A program made the position numbers and the translations under genes. Under the pieces are notes generated by a model. The model ran no database searches and was not told where the DNA came from. It saw only the letters and a list, made by a program, of their open reading frames with translations. A stretch of 63,967 bases of DNA, filler included, from Circinaria calcarea (lineage: Eukaryota): NCBI GenBank assembly GCA_051942165.1. It is 3 parts of 3 records of this genome, joined end to end, with 100 filler letters (N's around TTAATTAATTAA, not from the genome) between each part and the next. Parts side by side here need not be neighbours in the genome. Positions count along the whole stretch, not along the records: positions 1 to 23,371 come from JAVECS010000120.1; 2 more parts are not named here. One strand, written 5' to 3'. Shown here piece by piece: positions 1 to 12,896 of the stretch. How positions within the stretch are numbered: position 1 is the first letter of the stretch; each line of letters begins with the position of its first letter.

Positions 1-1582
1 CGCTTCATTGATTCATCAGGACCTACTGCATGGCTATATTAGCCATAAGTATTCACGGTTTATCATTACTGGGGCGAAGGTTAAATCAGCCGTTGAGGTA
101 GGATTTCCTAACGTTTGGGAAACAATCTGCAGCAAAGCAGATATTGAAGTACCAGGATGGGTACAGGATGAGAAGGAGGGTGCAAAAGCAAACAGCATCG
201 GCAAAAGGGCTGCACCCGGTATGGTAGTTAAGCTTACTGGTGCAAGGCCGGCTGGAGCAGCACCTGGGTGAAGAACCCTAACAGTATTATGGCAATAAGA
301 TTGGAAAAATGCCACCACCCTTGACTGTTTTTCCAGGCCGATCAATAGGGCTGCTACTTAGTCGCGAAACATTCAGCAAACCTCTACTCCTTGTGTACTA
401 CGACCTGCACGGGAGCGCTGATGCTGAGAGCGGCCTCTAAAGTCATGGAGCTGAAGTGGCCTTAGGAGATACCCAAGCATATACGTGTCCGGGTAAAAGC
501 TGAAGTCAGCAAACAGACAATCTTTCACCTTTAGAGTGAATAGTTTCTGGCTCTCTCCACCCGTACCCAAGTTGTCCAGTCTGATAACGAAGAACTCCAT
601 CCCACCCTCTGCGACTTCCTTCGAGATCAATTCATTCCCTTACTTCACTTCCCTCTTCAACTGCTCCGCCTTCACCAGATTCAACCAGCAACTTACTTGT
701 CTTGGTTTCATGGTTTAGGTACGTACGCCCGCGCGGCCTTTAGCATTGGTATTTTGTTCGTAGGGGAAGGGCGGAATAGGCGTATAGGTGGCTCTCATAG
801 GATGGAGCCAGCTAACCTTTTTCGTTTCGTGGTTGTTCCAGTAGGTGCGATTGGTTGCAGAGTCTTTCTCCTGGGTGAAGTTTGGGGGAATGGATGGGGT
901 TGTGGATATGGAAGAGGCGGAGGGTGGTGGAAGACATGATTCCCCTTATTTGATTTGGCTAGTTTATGCCAGTGAAGTTGATTGGGATAAGGGGAGTGAA
1001 AGTGTAAAGCTAGAGAGGAACGGTCGAAGCGAAGAGAGATATAGGGTGTTCAAGATAGCGAAGTTATCAATGGCTCAACGGAGAGATCAGTTCCCACGTC
1101 CTCACCCTTCTAATTTTCAGATCGTAGACAGTAAATATAACCTGAGGTAAATAATGCGTGCTGAAATATGCGATGATATTCTTGCTCGAACAGAACAAGA
1201 GGCGACGAACTGGATAAAAAGGCGTTGAACTGGGGTTGGTAAGGTACCTTAGCTAGAAACGGGGGAAGGAATGTCCGGTGGCCGAGCGCGTACCGTATGG
1301 TACGGAAGCGAAAGCATTTGACGTGCGTGTATTTCGTAGTAGACCTTCCTATTTCGAGGATTGCACAGCCTCGTTGCCATCAACTCCCTTTAGATTTCCA
1401 GTTTCCCCTCTGTTTCTTGAGTTCATCATGATGACTATATCTCTTTGGAGGAATCCTTTTGATTATTTCTACGCCATTGTCTATAATTATATGATACGAA
1501 AGCAATACTTTGCCAAACCACGCACACTATGCATATAAGCAACATTCAGTCCATATGCCGACAGTAGTGACTACGATTCGCC

Positions 1583-4018
1583 ATGGCAGAAGCCCCACTT
1601 TCTTCGAATGAGCTGTTGTCTAAGATCTTGGATGTGCTCGGTAATATAGATGATAAACTCAAGGTGCAGGAGGAGCAGTTCAAATGCCTGGAAGCGCTTG
1701 TGGAAGGCAACAGTGGCAATGGAGGCATCAACGAGTCCAACGGCTCGGACAGCATGGTGGACGACTCTAGTCAGACTATTGCGTCGAAGCACGAATTCGA
1801 CGGCATTGATGGGAAGTTACCTTCGAGTCCCGAATCTCATCGGCTACAAGCAGTGGAAGTAAATCCTAAGGTCGGTATCTTATCGGTCAAGGGTGATACA
1901 ACAAAATACCCTTATACGGAATGGGATCGGGCTGGGCAGGTCGTCTTACTCAAGGGAAACTTAGTGAGCGTCGAGTTCTACCTAAGTGCCTCTGGACTTT
2001 TAAAAAGCATACAAGATTACCTGGGAGATTGGTGGGCTATACCCGATGATCATCGAATACGCCTGACTTTCTCAAATCATGCCTACCACAGAGCCCATGA
2101 ACCTATGAGATTTCTCAGCCAGCCTCCTAGGGCGTATTACTCCGATAGTAGTCTGAGAGCGGCTCGCCAATTTGACACTAATCTGAGGGCTCTGCCGGGA
2201 AACGATTTCTTAGTCATCGACTTCGACGAGCTGAATAACTCGAGGATATATCGACTTGGACAGAAGGCTGTTGGCAATCCACTCATGATAGAGAGTGGCT
2301 CAGGTTATGATGCGCCGTGGTCAAGGTTGATTGTATACCAGGGCATGACGTCCGGCGATAGCATCAAGCCTAACAAGCAGTCCGTAGGATCGTCACGTCT
2401 GATGCCGATACCATACTTTAGAAGTGGTGATGCTACTCCTGGATTGTGGCGCCATCTCTTCTCCCATTTGCAACTTAAGCGCAGGAATGTCACCGTAAAC
2501 CCATACACAGATCCCAGCGTTGGCTTTCATACAACATTTTACGAGATTATACAAGTCAAAGACCAACACAACGAGTTATGGAAGCATGGTCCTCTGTATA
2601 ACGATCCCGCTGGCCGGTCTTTTCGTAAATGTGCTTATACTGTGAGTTTTTCATCCGACTGAACCCTAAAGCCGATACTAACAGCGGTTGGTAGCTTTAC
2701 TCTCCTCCCCCAAAGTCGGAATCTCTTTCTCCAACGGCAGATACCGGTTATTTGTCCAGACATTGGACTATACTTCTTATGGCGCCAGGCTACTTTTTTG
2801 ATCAAACCAACAAATCGTTTCCAATGAAAGACTTATCTGCTGACACAAAGCAAACTGTTGGCCTATCGTTAAGTCAACTTACTAGGTTAGGCGCGGAGAT
2901 GCATTTGATCAGCCAGGGCCTACAGAGGATCAATGACCGGTGGGCGGACTTCCAGGCATTTTTCGAATATATTCTTGACAGTGGAGACTCACTAATGCAG
3001 CCTACACAACATGATAATCTTCTGTTTGACGATGGATCTTTCTCCCGGTCCAGACGGTACTTTTGGGCGATTGACTGCTTGGCCGAATTCGATCTCAGTA
3101 TAACTGACAATATTACCCAGTGGGAGCTATACAGGGCTTCCCGTTTCTCAGGGGTTGAGCCTTCTCTTCCGGACCTTGACTACCTTCAGTACAAAAGCGC
3201 AGATGAGCAGTACAATATCTTGAAGAACCAGCGCGAGTACTTTAGACAGAAGCTTGCGTCTACCAAGGCACTTCGGGACGCTGTGAGCTCTGCTAGTCGG
3301 TTGATATAATGACTTGCTGACCTAACTTCTGCAGCTCTTCAATGCAAGTGCAGTAATTGAGAGTCGGGCTTCCACTCGGCTCGGCGAAAACGTCAAACTC
3401 CTTACTTTCGTCAGCATCTTCTTTCTTCCTCTATCGTTCTGCACGGTATGCCCCAGATTTCATACTCATCTCACGCCATCGCCACTTCCCGCTGCTTTGC
3501 CGTACTCCGCAGGAATATGACCCTCCTACACCATATCCTTCATCGAATCCATCTTGCCGCCTTCAAATAATAACAAGACTAACAAATCCCAACAGTCCCT
3601 TTGGAGCATCAACTCCCTCTTTTCCACCACCGCTCTCATCTACACCATCACTACCATCGGCACCGCCACCTACCTTATCGTCCTCAACATCAATACTCTC
3701 GTCCAATCATTTAGCCGTCTCTACCAAGCTCGCAAATCGAACCTCGTCAACGCAATGAAGACGGACCCCGAGGAGCTGTGGAATCTGCGTGGTCAACGCT
3801 TTGAGATTTTTCGCCCCAGGCATGAGAACCCACAGCCATCGGAGTGGTATATGCTACTATATGCGATGCTGCATCCTTGGGTGCTGTTGGGTTTCAAGAC
3901 GGGAGGAGAAATGAACGGGGGAAGGGGGAAGAGAAAGCTGACTTGGAGGATATGGCCTTTTGGGAAAGCGACGACGAAGGAACCGGAAGAGCGAGATGAG
4001 GCTTGGGTAATTGAATAA
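1583..4018 (+). CDS. Multi-exon fungal protein with a C-terminal CorA-like two-transmembrane domain
   Basis: ORFs 1583-2662, 2752-3309 and 3554-4018 join through GT..AG introns (about 2642-2694, 3283-3334, 3447-3594). The spliced C-terminus LLFDDGSFSRSRRYFWAI...LFNASAVIESRASTRLGENVKLLTFVSIFFLPLSFCT-SLWSIN is typical of fungal CorA-like proteins. Confidence 0.7.
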
Positions 4019-4871
4019 TCTTTTCACGACCACGGCGGGGGTCATGTAAATATCTACTGTATCTCATCAGTAATCTTCCATGGGCCCGAATGCATTAACT
4101 CTTGATTTTGACTTTCGGACTAAACACCATCTGCCAATTCCCCTACCTACCATTCTTCCACCACGTCTTTAGCTAACAGCCATCCCCACGTATTCGGGGG
4201 GTCGCTTAAGCTCCGGGGGGGGACGCCCGGTAAAATACTACTCTGAGTAATACCCGAAATCATGATTTATAATTAAGCGTGTAGTCCAGGTTTATACCTT
4301 TTATTTATACAAGGTACGGCTGTCTGATACTCGTGCCTCTGCCTAATACTTTTGCGCGCCTTTATATTTATATGAGACGGAGGCATAACAGGGGTATAGT
4401 ATGTATTCCGCGTATTGTGGCAAACTAATCTCTAAGGCTCTACCATACATAATAGGCGCTCCCATATATATATATATAGCTGAAATCTAAGCCTTCTAGG
4501 CCTTCCGGGCTTTCTGCGCTTACCATAGTGTAACGCTGCAATTATGTTTTTGGAATGCGCCGTACCAGCTAGTATCAACCTCCCGTATTCGGCTTATCCT
4601 TCTAAATTCACGTATTAATTCGCCTTGGTCCTGACCGATATAAAAACCCGCTATTCGCAGAGCTGAACGCTCGCCACGGGGGCGAATGCGTCTAAATTTA
4701 TTATGTACCGGGCGACCCCCCGGAAAGCTTGGCGACACCCCAGAATACGCGTGGAATCTGGGCGCCTATGCGCATCAGTATTAGCAGTGGCCGCCGAATT
4801 CGGCGCCGATCTGGCCCTTGTGGATCGATCTGTTACTGGAGCACGGAGCGCAGTTGAAGGAAAGCGACGCG

Positions 4872-5045
4872 CCGCATACGGCAACGGAGGAGGGATATAT
4901 TGATGATGTTGTGAGATTGCTACTTGAGAGGGGCGCGGATCTGGATGTTCTAGACGAGTAGGGCAGGACGCCGCTGGTGAGGGCGAGAAATAGGGGGAAG
5001 CAGGCGCTTGTTGCGTTGCTGCAGAAGCATGGGGCGGTACAGCGA
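4872..5045 (+). pseudogene. Ankyrin-repeat remnant with in-frame stop
   Basis: Translates PHTATEEGYIDDVVRLLLERGADLDVLDE*GRTPLVRARNRGKQALVALLQKHGA, with TAG at 4959-4961. It is preceded by a TpA-rich degenerate stretch (about 4230-4700). Confidence 0.7.
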
Positions 5046-5889
5046 CCAGTCAATGCTACTCGGGGCTTGCTGTGGAAAAAATAGAATGAAGGCGAGGGCC
5101 CATAATCAGTGCCTTGGGAAAGAGATAAATCTCGAAGACCTGGGTCTACACTATCTAATCCGCATTTCTAAACTGGAAGAGGAGAGTTCCGTTGGGAGGA
5201 TTTTACAAGTGGCATAACATTAACGCTCTGCATGTCGTGAATCTTATTAGTAGACTTGAGGAATAGCATTTGGGAGCTCGAGGTTTGTAAGATGTTTTAG
5301 TCCAGAGGCTCAAGCACAAGAAGCTAGAGTAAGATGAGTGGGTGAAGGCATCCAAATACTATTTGTGCCAAGCTTAATTCTTTAAATGACACATAGCCAA
5401 CAAAGATCATCAATGAGCTCAAGGGAGAAAAAACATCGAGCTAACCGGTGGTATTGTGGGCGGCATCTGACAGAGCACATTAGTACTAGTGATTTACTCT
5501 GAAGGTTTTTCAGGTGAGCACTAGTGAAACTCACTTGTGCTGGGGGACTGTATCAATACTGAATCTTCATAACAAGATCATCATTTGGTCGATTGAAGCT
5601 GCTTCCCCCAAGCCAGGACCTCCCCCCACAAGTTTTTAATTGTCAGCTGACTCAGAATAGCGGTGGCAGGCTGCATCTGTGTCACTTCCCTAGTGAAAGT
5701 GGCAAAACTATCCTCAGTCAAGGGGTTTGGACTTTGGAGGGCCAACGGGTAGGTTATGCCTGCTCTCGAAACCGCTACGAAGACTTTCATCAGAGGTGGA
5801 GGCTCGATATCATCAACCGAGTGCGACGTGTATGATTGAATTGCCTGCCAATACTGATCGCTTTCATGGTTGATAGTCTAGTAGGCGGA

Positions 5890-6930
5890 TTAATGGACTA
5901 TCACGAGGGTATTCAGAGCTCCACATGGACCTACCTGCTTTAAACATTTACGAACGAGCTCCGCTCGAACTTCTTGAGTGCTATCAACCATCAACGTTGT
6001 CTTCGCCTCCAAAATTGCTCTATAAGCATCCTCTATCTGAGCCCGTGACGGTATCTTCGGATGGTTCAACACAAGAGCAGAAAGGCGGAAAAGCTTGAAA
6101 TTAGATAGGTCGACGGGATTCCCTGCAATGGAAGTCTCGAAACTTTGTGGTATCATCATGACGTGACACCGGAGTTTCGCTTCTTTCAGAACGTCCTTTG
6201 ACGGGATGCAAGACGCTGGGAGAGTATCTAGTTTCCCTTGCTGGACGAATGTGTTGCGCAATTTCTTCGATTTCTTGAACCACTTCCTAGCTTCAGATTC
6301 TGACCACGCACACTCTATTGCAGCCTTTTTATCATATTCGTGCGCTTCTGAGTAATCTATCCTGATCATGTGCTCCCAGACTAGGAAGGATTCTTGATCT
6401 GTAAGTGGTGATTGCCGATTGCACGACTGTAGCTCTGCACGCCACCATGAGAAGTCGAGGAATTCGAACCGTGTCCCCATAATAAAGTATGGCAGATGTA
6501 CAATCTTCTTCGTGTCAAATGCAAAAACATGGTTAGATAAGCGCTGTGAGGGGCGTTTTGGGACCCCGTAGAAGCCTAGTTCGAAGCTGGGTACATTTTG
6601 GAAAGGATAGAGCATTCTACAGAGATGCAGATTCGCCCAGAAACGTCTCATCCTTGGACCGTAGAGCTATTTGTAACGAATCAGTGCCTCAAGCGCTATG
6701 TCAGAGACCATCTTTTGGCCTACCTGATTCAACCATAGCTCTTGGTTTGCTCGATAAGTCTGATCAAAGTTCAGGACATTGTCAAGCTCCCTTTCACATT
6801 GCTCTCTAGTCAGTCGTAGTGACTCATTGTACTTTACCATATCATTCATGAACTTGTAGACAGAAAAGCTGCGCGGGGGAGGTGAATGTAAACGGGGTAC
6901 CATCAGTTGTGTGCTTGAAGGCGATGCCAT
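5890..6930 (-). pseudogene. Hypothetical protein gene interrupted by a single in-frame TAG
   Basis: ORFs 6667-7014 and 5890-6651 are in the same frame, separated only by TAG at 6669-6667 (…TAC AAA TAG CTC TAC GGT CCA AGG ATG…). Likely ATG at 6930. Confidence 0.5.
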
Positions 6931-7311
6931 GTTGTGGATCTGATTCGTGCAATGAGGATGAAAAGGTGGAAAGAAACGATCAGATATGCCTAACGTGTTG
7001 CTGCAAAGAAGCACTGACGAGCATATAAATAGAAGACCGCTCTGGTGGAAGTGACGAATTCTAGCTTGTGTCGTGTATCAGAAAATACGCGAAAGGTTGA
7101 CGAGTCCAGCTAGCGAAGGCTTCACAATCAGAAACGAGAATTCGATCTTTAGAGAATATGGGAACTAGCTAAGCCTTGCAGATATTTGATTTCTGAAATT
7201 CACCAAAGTAAGGAGTGATCGTAGAGACCCTTACCATCGCGCGATCTGTGAGAAACGCCAAAAAGAAAAGGCCCTCCACAAAACCCCCCCCCCCAAAAAA
7301 ATAACAAAAAA

Positions 7312-7430
7312 GAACGATCCGAGAATCGAACACGGGCTGGGAATGGTCCAAATGGTAGTTCCCACTTTGATTACAGCCGAGGTCATCTATTGAAGACACC
7401 CTCTTGGGGCTGTACCACCGAAAATCGGAC
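7312..7430 (-). ncRNA. tRNA-like / Pol III-type element, copy 1 (degenerate)
   Basis: Minus strand reads GTCCGATTTTCGGTGGTA…CCGTGTTCGATTCTCGGATCGTTC followed by a T-run. It has a B-box and T-arm-like hairpin, and the 5' and 3' ends pair imperfectly as an acceptor stem. Confidence 0.35.
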
Positions 7431-7650
7431 TCACGCTTCCATTGCCAGTGCACTATATGTCCAATTTGCATGCAAAGTTATTTCGTTAAATAAAATATAA
7501 ACATCAAAAGCACCACTTCAGAACGTGAACGCAAGACAATCACATGCTTATTATTATCGATTACACAACTCTAGTAGTTAGACTACAAGGTGAATTATTG
7601 CAAAGGATGCACCATCCACATAACTCATCCCAAAAAAAAAGAAAAAAAAG

Positions 7651-7748
7651 GAACGATCCAAGAATCGAACACGGGCTGCGTATGCGCCTAATGGTGGCAC
7701 CCTCCCATTCTGGCTTCAGCAATGAAGGTATACCACCGAAAATCGGAC
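7651..7748 (-). ncRNA. tRNA-like / Pol III-type element, copy 2 (degenerate)
   Basis: Nearly the same 5' and 3' ends and downstream T-run as copy 1, with a different and shorter internal segment. Confidence 0.35.
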
Positions 7749-10233
7749 TTACGCTTCCATTGCCAACGTACTATATGTCCAATTTTCATGCAAAGTTATT
7801 TCGTTAAATAAGATATAAACATCAAAAGCGCCATTTTAGAACATCAACGCAACGTAATCACATGCTTATGTTTGTCGACTACACAACTCTGATAATTAAA
7901 TTACAAGGCGAATCACACGTCTTGCGAAGGATGCACCATCCACATAACCCATTCAAAGTTGAAACAAAGAACAGAAGTTCTTCTCAGCATTGAATAAGTG
8001 AATACAACTAAGTTAGATACTTACACTTGCTTAACAGAGCGAACATAAAAGAGGATCCATTGCTGCGCATAGAGCACCATGAGGTTTACTTAACCTGAAG
8101 CGCAGTCTACCTAGTCTTATAGCGGAAGTCAGCTTCTAGGAGATTACTTACTTACAATACGGCACCAGAGTCCACACATGGCTAGATGATCATATCAAAT
8201 GCTGCAGTTGAAGAGATGTCGTTGATAATCTCTTCCACAGTCGCGAGCCTACCGCGTACGGTGGACCAAATGGACATTTTGGAACCTTGTCTACGCGTCT
8301 ATTTTACCAATCAGGACCGACGCAGAATAGTTCGATTGGAATGATCTTGGCACGCCGACATTGAATTGCAACTATCCGATCAACTAATACTCCCAGGGCA
8401 ACTTCAATAAGCTCTATCTCTCTAATTAGCCTGTAGAGTCAAGCATACAATGGCACCCGAGCGCCCTCCCAGATACAGAAGCCGACCGGTCACAGGATAG
8501 CTCAACTTGTCGTACTAGAATTACCAACTTCCCCGTTGGGAACCCTTGAATCCAATGCTCCAGTATCGAGAAATCCCCGCAGAACTACAATGAGCGCAAG
8601 AAATGGCAGTATTGTTGATGTGTCCAAGATCGATCCTCCAGCCAGAGCTACCAGCACAGCGCTGAAGAGAGCTCTATCCACAATTCTAGTTGAACCAACT
8701 CGCCCACGGCTTTCCTCCTCATAAACCCTCCCCGCAGCCTGAATGGCAACTCAGCTGTCCAAGTAAAGGTCGTACGGGGATAGTGAGGGTCTTGTTGAGC
8801 TCGCATACGATGTTGGCAAATAGAATCTACAATCTCGGGTCTTTCTGATATCCCATGATGATCCTGGGTATGTGGAGACCCTTGGAATGTGCGATTCCGA
8901 ATAGTAGGCTGATGAAGACGATCGCCATTCAGCGTAAAAGCTATCCAATCTCCTCCTCAGGCCGATTAGGAATCCGTATCCTCTTCTTTCTGAACCTAGC
9001 CGCCGGTCGCGACCAGCGGGACCCCATGCTGTACTCGGGCCGGGATGAAAAATCCGCGGGCGACTGGAGGAATCGCGAGAAGAGGGAGGCCCATCAGAAG
9101 ATCCAATAACATGCTTATCACCTCTTTGCCTTATGTTCAAACAAGAAGGTTGAGTGCGACGCTGCTGAAATTCAAAGTCGCCGTTTCCTCGCGTATTCCG
9201 TAAAGCATTGATCGAGCATCTCGCTGCCTATTTGCAGGGGAGGATGGAGAATGGCTTTGCAAAGGCAGCGAACAATCACCAAAGTGGGACCTTCCCGAGC
9301 CCCGGCGTGCTTCTTAAGGATTGGTTCGGCCCTCTTCCTCACTCGTTGTATCACAGCTCGAAGATGGACTGAAACCATCTGCCATCAACTGTTCCCAGAC
9401 CAGTCCTTCATGCCAATCTCCCTTCTGCTCCCAGCCAAATCTTTTCTTATGTCGACTGTACGTCTCCTTTCCCTTTCTTTTGCCAGCTCTGTTTGATTCA
9501 TCAGGTTTGTTAGTTTGCTGTCCATCCCCTTGTTTCTCTTTTCCACCGTGTCGCAGACATTCTTTGCACCTGCGCCTGCATTTATATGAGTCGATAATGT
9601 CTAGTATATCTGACCCCAGATTTGGAGGCTATCCTTGAGTAGGACGACAAAGACAAGCTTCGTTCCCGCAACTGCAAGTGTATACGTCAGCCATGTGCTT
9701 GAAACCCAAGCCAATTTTAAATTTTCCCATGATGACATCGATGTATAGTACATGCCCCAGCTATTATATCCATCACGAATTTCCATGTTTGTTTACCTAA
9801 GGCTGCCAGCAACATGTCCATCGCTATAATCATCCGGATCATTGATTGCATCAAACAACGGCAAGCCGAAAAACAGCTTGATAAACCAGCTCAACATGAA
9901 TCAAGGTAAGGTAAAATCTAGAATTCTGTCAACTTCTAAATCCATCTAACCTGCAAAGTATCGTACGTTCATGACTGGTCATACCGGATTGTCATTGCAA
10001 CATGATGTTCGTGAATGTTCACCATTACAGTATTTTGCTACTGGGCTTTTGCGAATCGTGGAAGATACGTCCTGTTATGTTTGGCTATGTTAACATATTG
10101 AAATGTTATTTCCGTCACTATTGCTCTTGGCTTCATATGCAATCTCTGATCACTTTGGGGATGCGTCGTGATAATGATGTTAATTGCATAAAATGCTCAC
10201 TAGATCCTGTGGCACGCATGATAAACATGTCCT

Positions 10234-11493
10234 CTAATATCTAGTATAGACCTGCGTTGCCATAACCACCATGATCACCATAACTGCAACCAATATCTCC
10301 ACCGTCCAACCTCGAGCTAGCGCTCCTAGTAGTAGGACAGGGGAGATACGGTATGCTAATCTTCTTAGCCTTTCTGTTGCGTCAGAATTGTTGATAGAGT
10401 TCTGTTGTGATGCGTCCTTGCAAGGACTGCTATAGAGGTCTTCCCAATTGTGACACATGGGATTCGTGTAGTAACGGCGTGGCACAGGAGAATTATCATA
10501 ATCACCGCAATATGCGTGAGGGGTACATCGGCTGTGACAATGGATGGGCCATCCACGACCATGACAGTGCATGGGAGAATCCAAATGGTGATCACGATTG
10601 GACGGAGACAGGCAGCCGCCACGGAGAGCTGGTTTGGAGAATTCTTCGTCGGTCTCATTTGCAACAGATGGTTTCTGGTAGGTTGGTTGTTGGTCGGTGA
10701 GGCTCGTAGAATCTACTGGACGGCAACCGTGAGTAGTGCGGTGGTCTTCAAAGTCTGTCTCAGTAAAAGTGGAAATGGGCATTACGGAATTTACTATACC
10801 ACCGTGTTGATTGTTTCTCTCGTCTCCACCCACGCGAACGGCATCTCGCTGTGATGAGTTCTCCCCCACGTATCGATAGGTGCGAGGACGTTTTGCGCGG
10901 TTTGCATTCTCTTCATCATCGGAATACTCTTTTTCGGCTCCTTCCTTCCTTCTATTATTGCTCTCTCCGTCCGTATCATTCCCGTCATCTGCTGCTCGTT
11001 CGTACTCTTGCGCTGCCACAGTGCTCCTCTCAAGCGGACCTGGATTTATGTGGGGTTGTTCCTCTGTGGCTGGCATCTTCCCGGCTTGAGATACACCGCC
11101 CCTTCGAATACCTCCATGACTAGATCTCCTACCCTGAGGTCCTCTCTGCCTAGAGGGAGCAGGCTCACATATCTCTTCCGTTTCCGGTCCCTGTTGCAGA
11201 GCTGACTCCGGCCCGCGTGAAGCCGTCACATCATCAGCTATCCTCTGCTCCCGAACTCCTTCACTTGGTCTTTGTGTGGCTCGGGTTCCTTGATTCGGTA
11301 CAAGGTGTCTACTGCCTGTCTCATGGGCTGTTCTAGCAGCGCCACCCCGGCGTGCTGGTTGGTTGTGGACGTTGAGGGGTTGTATGAGGTCTGAAACTAT
11401 TGCGATTGATGCGGTTGTGGCGGTGAGGCCTTGAGCGCAGGGGATGAATTTGCAGCCGCAGTAGGCTTGGGCGTAGGGGAGTGTGCAGGCCAT
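10234..11493 (-). CDS. Hypothetical protein, largely low-complexity, hydrophobic C-terminus
   Basis: Uninterrupted 419-aa ATG-initiated ORF with no recognisable family motif. Confidence 0.45.
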   Translation of the reverse strand: MACTLPYAQAYCGCKFIPCAQGLTATTASIAIVSDLIQPLNVHNQPARRGGAARTAHETGSRHLVPNQGTRATQRPSEGVREQRIADDVTASRGPESALQQGPETEEICEPAPSRQRGPQGRRSSHGGIRRGGVSQAGKMPATEEQPHINPGPLERSTVAAQEYERAADDGNDTDGESNNRRKEGAEKEYSDDEENANRAKRPRTYRYVGENSSQRDAVRVGGDERNNQHGGIVNSVMPISTFTETDFEDHRTTHGCRPVDSTSLTDQQPTYQKPSVANETDEEFSKPALRGGCLSPSNRDHHLDSPMHCHGRGWPIHCHSRCTPHAYCGDYDNSPVPRRYYTNPMCHNWEDLYSSPCKDASQQNSINNSDATERLRRLAYRISPVLLLGALARGWTVEILVAVMVIMVVMATQVYTRY

Positions 11494-12896
11494 TTCTTTG
11501 GTGTGCTGTAGGATGGAATGTTATTCGAGATATTGGGGGTGTTCGTCTAGGCGTGGAGATGAATAAAAGAGGCTCTTTTTCTTAGGTGGGAAAGTTTGAG
11601 CGGTAAGATGATGTGGTTGAGGTTTTTTTGCAATGAATCGATTTCTTCTGTTTAACCTTATCCTTTGTCTTTTATATTCTTTTTCTTCTTCTATCAAACA
11701 CTTATCACTTTCTAAGTTTTGATGTTTGTACCCGATCCCGCAACCTCAAGCACAAATCAACACCCGGATGACTCTAACTCATAACAAACTTCCATAATGC
11801 CCTTCCCGGTTTGCAATCCATCTCTCTCTTCCGACACAATCACACCATGATGGCAGCAATCGGGGCCATTCATGTCAGGATGCTAGGGTACTGGACTATG
11901 AAACAGACCTCTTGGATCACAGCATCGACACCTCTCAGAGCGTCTAGACAGCATTTCTGCGGTCCCGATCCAGCCTTTGATACACGTGCCTAGAATTTTT
12001 TACCGTGTACAATCAATCGTCGTACAAAGGTGTTTTGTAAACCTCAGTCTTCTAACCAGCACACAATGCAAGCTGGGACCCCACTCGACTCCTTTTTACC
12101 TCATACTCACAAGTCACAGTTCTACTCCAAAATCATCGGCCGAAGTCTTTCCCTAGACCACACCGCGTGGGAAAGTCTGGACCAGGTAGTTCATGCCTAC
12201 AGTATTCGACAGCTTGTTATAGCGTCGATGCCATACTAGAGGAAGGTTACCATAGCTCCGAAACGAAGGAAGCTTGGACCGGTTGCTCAGTATGCCCATA
12301 GAGGTGAGCAACGTACTATATAGGCAGGCTATTCCCACCCTTTAAAATAGCATGCTTAAAGACACCAACAACTGGAATAACAAGAGACGCGTATTACGTT
12401 CCAGATAACTATTACACCCACGGAGTAACTCTATCCCTTATATAAGTCTAGCCTATCCTAGCAAACCTTACAGGTATTTTCCTACATTTAATTTTCCATT
12501 AAGGTTAGTATTTTAAATTGTAATCTGGACTGCCAGTTTAGTTTGGATTGCTAAATTAGTGGCGATGCTATATAGAAATAAGAAATGGCATGTTCGAGGG
12601 GTATGAGAGTAATTCGTTCGTTAAAAATGCATGCCTATGGAAGAATATTCGGGGGATGATTGTGTCAAAAGGTCTGATTTATAATTTGGAGGTGGTTGGG
12701 TTCTATATACCGGGCGTACCAGCCACCAGAATTATGACCCCAGCCACCGTACAAATTACAATACAAAACATGATATCCTTGCTCAACAGGGGTCGCTAGT
12801 GTCAAATCCTGACAGTTTGGGATAAATGGCAAAACGCGCGCCCTATTAGCGCCCACTTTCATGGTTCCCGGCGAATGCCGGGTTTCAAGATTCGCC

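Larger units (their letters stand above)
7294..7952. repeat. Imperfect tandem duplication of an approximately 330-bp unit
   Basis: 7294-7625 and 7632-7952 share long blocks: GAACGATCCRAGAATCGAACACGGGCTG, TACCACCGAAAATCGGAC, CATGCAAAGTTATTTCGTTAAATA and GGATGCACCATCCACATAAC. Confidence 0.9.

Noticed and set aside
7312..7430. Selenocysteine or opal-suppressor tRNA (a TCA triplet occurs in a possible loop)
   Set aside because: The acceptor and anticodon stems pair poorly, and the second copy does not conserve this region.
8300..10230. Several short overlapping ORFs
   Set aside because: They have no recognisable motifs or consistent exon structure; probably non-coding or decayed sequence.
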